Positions 14,858-20,135 of a DNA stretch of 20,135 bases are shown in pieces (position 1 is the stretch's first letter; the number at the start of each line of letters is the position of its first letter). The stretch spans positions 1-20,135 of the forward strand of contig JANLWX010000046.1 of the NCBI GenBank assembly GCA_031364845.1, given 5' to 3'. The stretch comes from Candidatus Eiseniibacteriota bacterium. GTDB lineage: Bacteria > Eisenbacteria > RBG-16-71-46. Position numbers and translations under genes: made by a program. The notes under the pieces were generated by a model. It searched no databases. It was given only the letters and a program-made list of their open reading frames with translations, and was not told the origin of the DNA.

Positions 14858-17800
14858 ATGAATCGGAAGCGGAAGTTCCTTCTCGCGGCCGTGCTGGTCG
14901 TTGCCCTGTTCCCCCTCGGAGCATGGGCAGCAACCGCCGCACCCGAATCCCCTCGGGGAGGAGTGCGCGCGGCCGGGAAGGTCACTGGCGCGCGCGCCGC
15001 GGCAGGGATCGCAAAATCCGCCGGTCGCAACGGCGTCCTCGCGGATTCCGATCTCGAACTCGTCATGTCCGTGGACGACGCGACGCCCGATGTCGGCGAG
15101 GTCGTCACCTACACGGTCACACTCACCAATCAGGGTCCCGACGATGCGACCGGGATCGAGGTCACCGATCTGTTGCCGGCCGGGCTCACGTACGCGGACG
15201 CCACGCCGAGTGCGGGTTCCTATGTGAGCGGAACCGGAGTGTGGACCGTAGGCGATGTCGCGAACGGCGCCCAGGCGACACTCACGCTGAGAGCCACCGT
15301 GGATGCCGGTACCGGCGGAACTTCGATCGTCAGCGACGCCACGATCACCGCCAGCGACAACGCCGATGCCGATCCGCTCGACAACGCGGCGAGTCAGTCA
15401 GTGACCGTTCAGAGCGCGGATCTCGCGCTCTCGATGTCCGTCGACAATGCGACACCCGACATCGGCAACACCGTCACCTACACGCTCACGCTGACGAACC
15501 AGGGTCCGAACGATGCGACCGGCGTCACTGTCACCGACCTGCTGCCGGCCGGACTCACCTACGTGTCCTCCACGCCGAGCGTGGGCTCCTATGTGAGTGG
15601 GACCGGCGTGTGGACCGTGGGCGGCATCGCGAACGGCGCCCAGGCAACGCTCGCGTTGAGCGCTTCGGTGAATGCCGGGACCGCGGGAACTTCGATCGTC
15701 AACAGTGTCGCGATCACGGCCACGAACACGTTCGATGGCGATCCGCTCGACGACACGGCGAGCCAGTCGGTGACCGTCCAGAGCGCGGACCTCGCGCTCG
15801 CGATGTCGGTCGACGACACGACTCCGATCGTCGGCAGCACCGTCACCTACACCCTCACGCTCACCAATCAGGGTCCGGACGCCGCGGCAGGTGTCGCCGT
15901 CACCGACCTGTTGCCGGCGGGGCTCACGTATGTGTCCTCGACGCCGAGCGTGGGCTCTTATGTGAGCGGGACCGGTGTGTGGTCCGTGGGAGGCATCGCG
16001 AACGGTGCCCAGGCCACGCTCGCATTGAGCGCTTCGGTGAATGCCGGAACCGCGGGAACCTCGATCGTCAACAATGCCGCGATCACGGCCACGAACACTT
16101 TCGATGCCGATGCGCTCGACAACACGGCGAGCCGGTCGGTGACCGTCCAGAGCGCGGATCTCGCGCTCGCGATGTTGGTCAGCAATGCGACGCCCAACGT
16201 CGGCAACGCCGTCACGTACACGATCACGCTCACCAACCAGGGCCCGGATGCCGCGACCGGGGTGGCCGTCACCGACCTGCTTCCGGCAGGACTCACGTAC
16301 GTGTCCTCCACGCCGAGTGTGGGTTCGTACGCGAACTCGACCGGAGTTTGGACCGTGGGCGGGATCGCAAACGGCGCCCAGGCGACCCTCTCGCTGATTG
16401 CCACGGTGGATGCCGGGGCGGGCGGAACCTCCATCGTCAACAACGCGGCGATCACGGCGACCGACATCGCCGACGCCGATGCTCTCGACAACACGGCGAG
16501 CAGGTCGATCACGGTTCTGAGCGCCGATCTCTCACTGGCGATGGCAGTGAACAACGCAACGCCCAACGTCGGCAACACGATCACCTACACGATCACGCTC
16601 ACCAACCAGGGTCCGAACGCCGCGACCGGTGTTGCGGTGACCGACCTGTTGCCGGCAGGACTCACCTACGTGTTTTCGACGCCGAGTGTGGGTTCCTACG
16701 TGAGCGCGAGCGGAGTGTGGACCGTGGGCACGATCGCAAACGGCTCCAATGCCACGATGACGCTGAGCGCCTCGGTGAATTCCGGGACCGGCGGGACCTC
16801 GATCGTCAACAATGTTGCGATCACGGCCACGAACACATTCGATGCCGATCTCCTCGACAACTCGGCGAGCCGTTCGGTGGCCGTCCAGAGCGCGGACCTC
16901 AGGATCACGATGGCGGTCAGCGATTCCGTTCCGGATGAGCACGACTACATCACCATCACGCTCACGCTCAGCAATCTCGGCCCCAATGGCGCGAGCAGTG
17001 TGGTCGTCACCGATCTGCTGCCGGTGAAGCTCGAATACCAGAGTTCGACAGCAAGCCAGGGCGCCTACGTACCGGCGACCGGGCAGTGGAATGTCGGCAG
17101 CCTCGCGAATGGAGCGACCGCGACCCTCACGCTCGTCGTCAGGATCGGCAGCGGCACCAATGGATTACTGATCGTCAACAACGCGAGTGTCACGTCCGGC
17201 ACGTTCGATCCCGTGCTCACGAACAACTCGACGAGCCGGTCACTATTTGTCGACAGCTCCGAACTCGCGCTCACGATGACGGTGGACAACGCGACCTCGA
17301 ACGAAGGCCGCACGGTCACGTTCAATCTGAGCCTCAAGAACAACGGTCCCAAAGACGCGCATGGAACGAAGATCCAGGACATCCTCCCGGCCGGGCTCAC
17401 GTACGTCAGCTCGACTTCGAGCAAGGGGTCGTACTCGAGCGGGTCGGGCATTTGGAACATCGGGACGGTCAACAACGGCGTGACGGTGACGCTCGCGCTG
17501 CGCGCCTCGCTGAATGCCGGTACCGGCGGATCCACGATCGTCAATCGGGCCTCGGTCTTCGCTCTCGACGAGATCGACCCGGTCAGCACGAACGATTCGA
17601 CGAGCCGCTCGGTGAGGGTCCAGCTCGTCGAACTCGGCGTGGCGATGGCAGTGGACAACACCACGCCCAATGAAGGCGAGGCGGTCACCTACTCGCTCAC
17701 GGTGACCAACGGCGGACCCGATGCCGCGACGACGGTGGTCGTGGCCGACCTGCTGCCCTCGGGGCTGGCGCTTTCGAGCTCGACCCCGAGCCAGGGCACG

Positions 17801-20135
17801 TACACCGGTGGTACTGGCGCATGGGCGGTCGGAACACTCGGAGTCGGAGCGACGGCGTCACTCACGCTGGTGGCCACCCCATCGGCCGGCTCCGGCGGCC
17901 TCACGCTGGTCAACACCGCGACGGCGAGCGCCGATCAGGCGGATCACGTGACGCCCAACAACTCCGCGAGCAGAACCGTGATCGTCGAGAGCGCAAACCT
18001 CGGGCTCGCGCTGGCGGTGGACGACGCCACACCTAAGGTCGGGAACACGATCACCTACACGCTCACGCTCACCCACTACGGCCCCGATCCCGCTGCGGGG
18101 ATCACCGTCACGGACTTGCTGCCGGCCGGACTCACCTACTCCAGCTCGACCCCGAGCCAGGGAACTTATGTGAGCGGTACCGGTCTGTGGACTGTCGGAA
18201 GCATGACGCCCGGCACGAGCGCCACCCTGGTCGTCGTCGCCACCGTCAATAGCGGCACAGCGGGCACCACGATCGTCCACAACGCGAGCATCACCACGAG
18301 CGATCATCGGGACGTGGTGACCGCGAACAACTCCGCGAGCCGGTCGATCACCGTGCAGAGCGCCGATCTCGCATTGGCGATGGCGGTCAGCAATTCCACG
18401 CCGAACGTAGGCGCGACGATCATCTTCACGCTCACGCTCTCCAACAACGGTCCGGCCACTGCCGCAAGCATCGCGGTCACGGACCTGCTGCCCGCGGGAC
18501 TCACCTATGCCGGCTCGACGCCGAGCCAGGGAACCTATTCGAGCGGCACCGGCGTGTGGTCGGTCGGCAGTCTCGCGCTGGGCGCGAGCGCGACGCTCAC
18601 GCTGAGCGCGACCGTAGATGCGGGAACCCTCGGCACGACGATGACCAACACGACGAGCATCACGGCCTCCGACCAGGTGGACCTCGTGCCCGCCAACAAC
18701 ACGGCGAGCCGAACGGTGACGGTGCCGCTCGCCGATCTCGGCTACACGATGACCGTGAACAACTCGACGCCGAACGAAGGCGCGACGATCACCTACACGA
18801 TCTTCGTCATGAACTACGGACCGACCACCGCCACCGGCCTCGTCGTGGCCGACACGCTTCCGGCCGGGCTCACGCATGTGAGCGCAACGGCGACCACGGG
18901 CACCTATTCGAGCACCACAGGACTCTGGAGCGTGGGATCCCTCAGCACGGGCGCCACCGGCGCCACGCTCACCATCACGGCAGCGGTCGGCGCGGGCACG
19001 GGTGGCACGTCGATCACGAATCGCGTGGGCACCGCTTCCGCCAATCAGGCCGACCCGGTTCCCGGCAACAACACCGCGAGCGCGCCGGTCACGGTGAAGC
19101 TCGCGGATCTCGCTCTGACGATGTCGGTGGACAACACCTTCCCCAACGAAGGCACGACCGTCACCTACACCCTCACCCTGACCAACAATGGACCCGACGC
19201 CGCGAGCGGAGTGCGCGTCACCGACGTGCTTCCGGCGGGGATGACGTTCGTGAGCGCGACGCCGAGTCAGGGCACCTACACGAGTGGAACCGGCGTCTGG
19301 AACATCGGCACCACCGCCAACGCGGCGAGTGTCACCCTCGCGTTGCGCGGGCAGGCGAACACGGGTACGGGCGGCACGACCATCGTCAACTCGCCCACCA
19401 TCACGACGGCCAACGAGGCCGATCACAATGTCGCGAACAACGCCGCGAGCGTGCCGGTGACCGTTCAACTCGCCGACCTCGCGCTCGCGACGGTGGTGGA
19501 TGACGGAGGTCCGAACGAGGGCGCCACCGTCACCTACACGCTCACGCTCACGAACAACGGACCCGACCCGGCAACGGGCGTCTTCGTGTCCGACGTGCTG
19601 CCGACGGGCCTCTTCTACGCGAACTCGACGCCGAGTCAGGGCAGCTACGCGAGCGGCGCATGGAACGTGGGCAGTCTCGCCAACGGCGCGAGCGCCACGC
19701 TCTCGCTTGCGGCCACCGTCGGCACCGGTACCGGCGGCACCACGCTCGCCAACAGCGCCTCCGTCAGCGCCGCGGCCCAGGCCGACCACACGACGCCCAA
19801 CAACTCGGCGACCGCACCGCTGCTGGTGGAAAGTGCCGACCTCGGGCTCGCGATGATCGTGGACGACGCAGGTCCCAATGAGGGTGCCGCGATCAGCTTC
19901 ACACTCACGTTGTCCAACAATGGTCCCGATGTCGCGGCGGGCATTACGGTCTCCGATGTCCTGCCCGCGGGCCTCAGCTTCACCGGTGCGACGCCGAGCC
20001 AGGGCAGCTATGCGAGCGGCGATTGGATCGTCGGAACGCTTGCGATGGGCGCCAACGTTTCGCTCGTGATCGGCGCCACGGTCGATGCCGGCACCGGCGG
20101 CACCACGCTGGTTCACAGCGCGAGCGTCTCGGCGA
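14858..20135 (+). CDS. Giant secreted DUF11 (conserved repeat domain) tandem-repeat surface protein, partial at 3' end (>=1759 codons, >=14 repeats)
   Basis: ATG 14858 gives MNRKRKFLLAAVLVVALFPLGAWA, a signal peptide. Units resemble DLALAMSVDxxTPxVGxTVTYTLTLTNQGPDAATGVxVTDLLPAGLTYVSSTPSxGSYxSGTGVWTVGxxANGAxATLxL...IVNNAxIT...DxxxxDNxAS. All repeat starts and the window end are in the same frame. It is absent from the ORF track, consistent with no stop in the window. Confidence 0.92.
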   Translation, partial: MNRKRKFLLAAVLVVALFPLGAWAATAAPESPRGGVRAAGKVTGARAAAGIAKSAGRNGVLADSDLELVMSVDDATPDVGEVVTYTVTLTNQGPDDATGIEVTDLLPAGLTYADATPSAGSYVSGTGVWTVGDVANGAQATLTLRATVDAGTGGTSIVSDATITASDNADADPLDNAASQSVTVQSADLALSMSVDNATPDIGNTVTYTLTLTNQGPNDATGVTVTDLLPAGLTYVSSTPSVGSYVSGTGVWTVGGIANGAQATLALSASVNAGTAGTSIVNSVAITATNTFDGDPLDDTASQSVTVQSADLALAMSVDDTTPIVGSTVTYTLTLTNQGPDAAAGVAVTDLLPAGLTYVSSTPSVGSYVSGTGVWSVGGIANGAQATLALSASVNAGTAGTSIVNNAAITATNTFDADALDNTASRSVTVQSADLALAMLVSNATPNVGNAVTYTITLTNQGPDAATGVAVTDLLPAGLTYVSSTPSVGSYANSTGVWTVGGIANGAQATLSLIATVDAGAGGTSIVNNAAITATDIADADALDNTASRSITVLSADLSLAMAVNNATPNVGNTITYTITLTNQGPNAATGVAVTDLLPAGLTYVFSTPSVGSYVSASGVWTVGTIANGSNATMTLSASVNSGTGGTSIVNNVAITATNTFDADLLDNSASRSVAVQSADLRITMAVSDSVPDEHDYITITLTLSNLGPNGASSVVVTDLLPVKLEYQSSTASQGAYVPATGQWNVGSLANGATATLTLVVRIGSGTNGLLIVNNASVTSGTFDPVLTNNSTSRSLFVDSSELALTMTVDNATSNEGRTVTFNLSLKNNGPKDAHGTKIQDILPAGLTYVSSTSSKGSYSSGSGIWNIGTVNNGVTVTLALRASLNAGTGGSTIVNRASVFALDEIDPVSTNDSTSRSVRVQLVELGVAMAVDNTTPNEGEAVTYSLTVTNGGPDAATTVVVADLLPSGLALSSSTPSQGTYTGGTGAWAVGTLGVGATASLTLVATPSAGSGGLTLVNTATASADQADHVTPNNSASRTVIVESANLGLALAVDDATPKVGNTITYTLTLTHYGPDPAAGITVTDLLPAGLTYSSSTPSQGTYVSGTGLWTVGSMTPGTSATLVVVATVNSGTAGTTIVHNASITTSDHRDVVTANNSASRSITVQSADLALAMAVSNSTPNVGATIIFTLTLSNNGPATAASIAVTDLLPAGLTYAGSTPSQGTYSSGTGVWSVGSLALGASATLTLSATVDAGTLGTTMTNTTSITASDQVDLVPANNTASRTVTVPLADLGYTMTVNNSTPNEGATITYTIFVMNYGPTTATGLVVADTLPAGLTHVSATATTGTYSSTTGLWSVGSLSTGATGATLTITAAVGAGTGGTSITNRVGTASANQADPVPGNNTASAPVTVKLADLALTMSVDNTFPNEGTTVTYTLTLTNNGPDAASGVRVTDVLPAGMTFVSATPSQGTYTSGTGVWNIGTTANAASVTLALRGQANTGTGGTTIVNSPTITTANEADHNVANNAASVPVTVQLADLALATVVDDGGPNEGATVTYTLTLTNNGPDPATGVFVSDVLPTGLFYANSTPSQGSYASGAWNVGSLANGASATLSLAATVGTGTGGTTLANSASVSAAAQADHTTPNNSATAPLLVESADLGLAMIVDDAGPNEGAAISFTLTLSNNGPDVAAGITVSDVLPAGLSFTGATPSQGSYASGDWIVGTLAMGANVSLVIGATVDAGTGGTTLVHSASVSA
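15050..20135 (+). repeat. 14 tandem ~369-bp (121-124 aa) DUF11 repeat units
   Basis: Unit starts: 15050, 15419, 15788, 16157, 16526, 16895, 17261, 17630, 17996, 18365, 18734, 19106, 19475, 19838 (last unit truncated by the window end). Confidence 0.92.

Noticed and set aside
14167..16938. 923-aa + strand ORF in the track
   Set aside because: Arg/His-rich off-frame shadow of the DUF11 gene and antisense to the lipoprotein.
17858..20116. 752-aa - strand ORF and other antisense ORFs over the DUF11 gene
   Set aside because: Antisense shadows expected in high-GC repetitive coding DNA, with no recognisable domains.
15050..20135. Frequent N-x-S/T sequons in the DUF11 repeats as evidence of N-glycosylation
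   Set aside because: Expected from the Asn/Ser/Thr-rich composition, and there is no glycosylation gene in the window.

Overview
High-GC bacterial chromosomal window. A C-terminal FlgD-Ig-like domain and the gene order suggest an FCB-affiliated lineage such as Candidatus Eisenbacteria; this is inference only. The core is a minus-strand housekeeping run: tgt-yajC-def-fmt-rsmB-PASTA protein-rpe. To its left are the right end of an ISNCY/IS1202-like insertion sequence (transposase C-terminus plus a terminal repeat with two 19-bp sub-repeats), a ~1436-aa secreted FG-GAP/LamG/FlgD-Ig surface protein, and a divergent, heavily degenerate NtrC-like regulator. To its right are a hypothetical lipoprotein and a divergent >1759-codon DUF11-repeat protein that runs off the window and is missing from the ORF track. 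The most unusual observations are: (1) RsmB carries a ~370-aa RGG-rich repetitive N-terminal extension; (2) none of the 14 DUF11 repeats has the usual first-strand Lys, and 12 have Met instead; (3) the NtrC-like protein has a pseudo-receiver and lacks the GAFTGA/Walker B core yet remains in frame; (4) the PASTA protein has a disordered region where a kinase would be; (5) Tgt has substitutions in its base-binding pocket.
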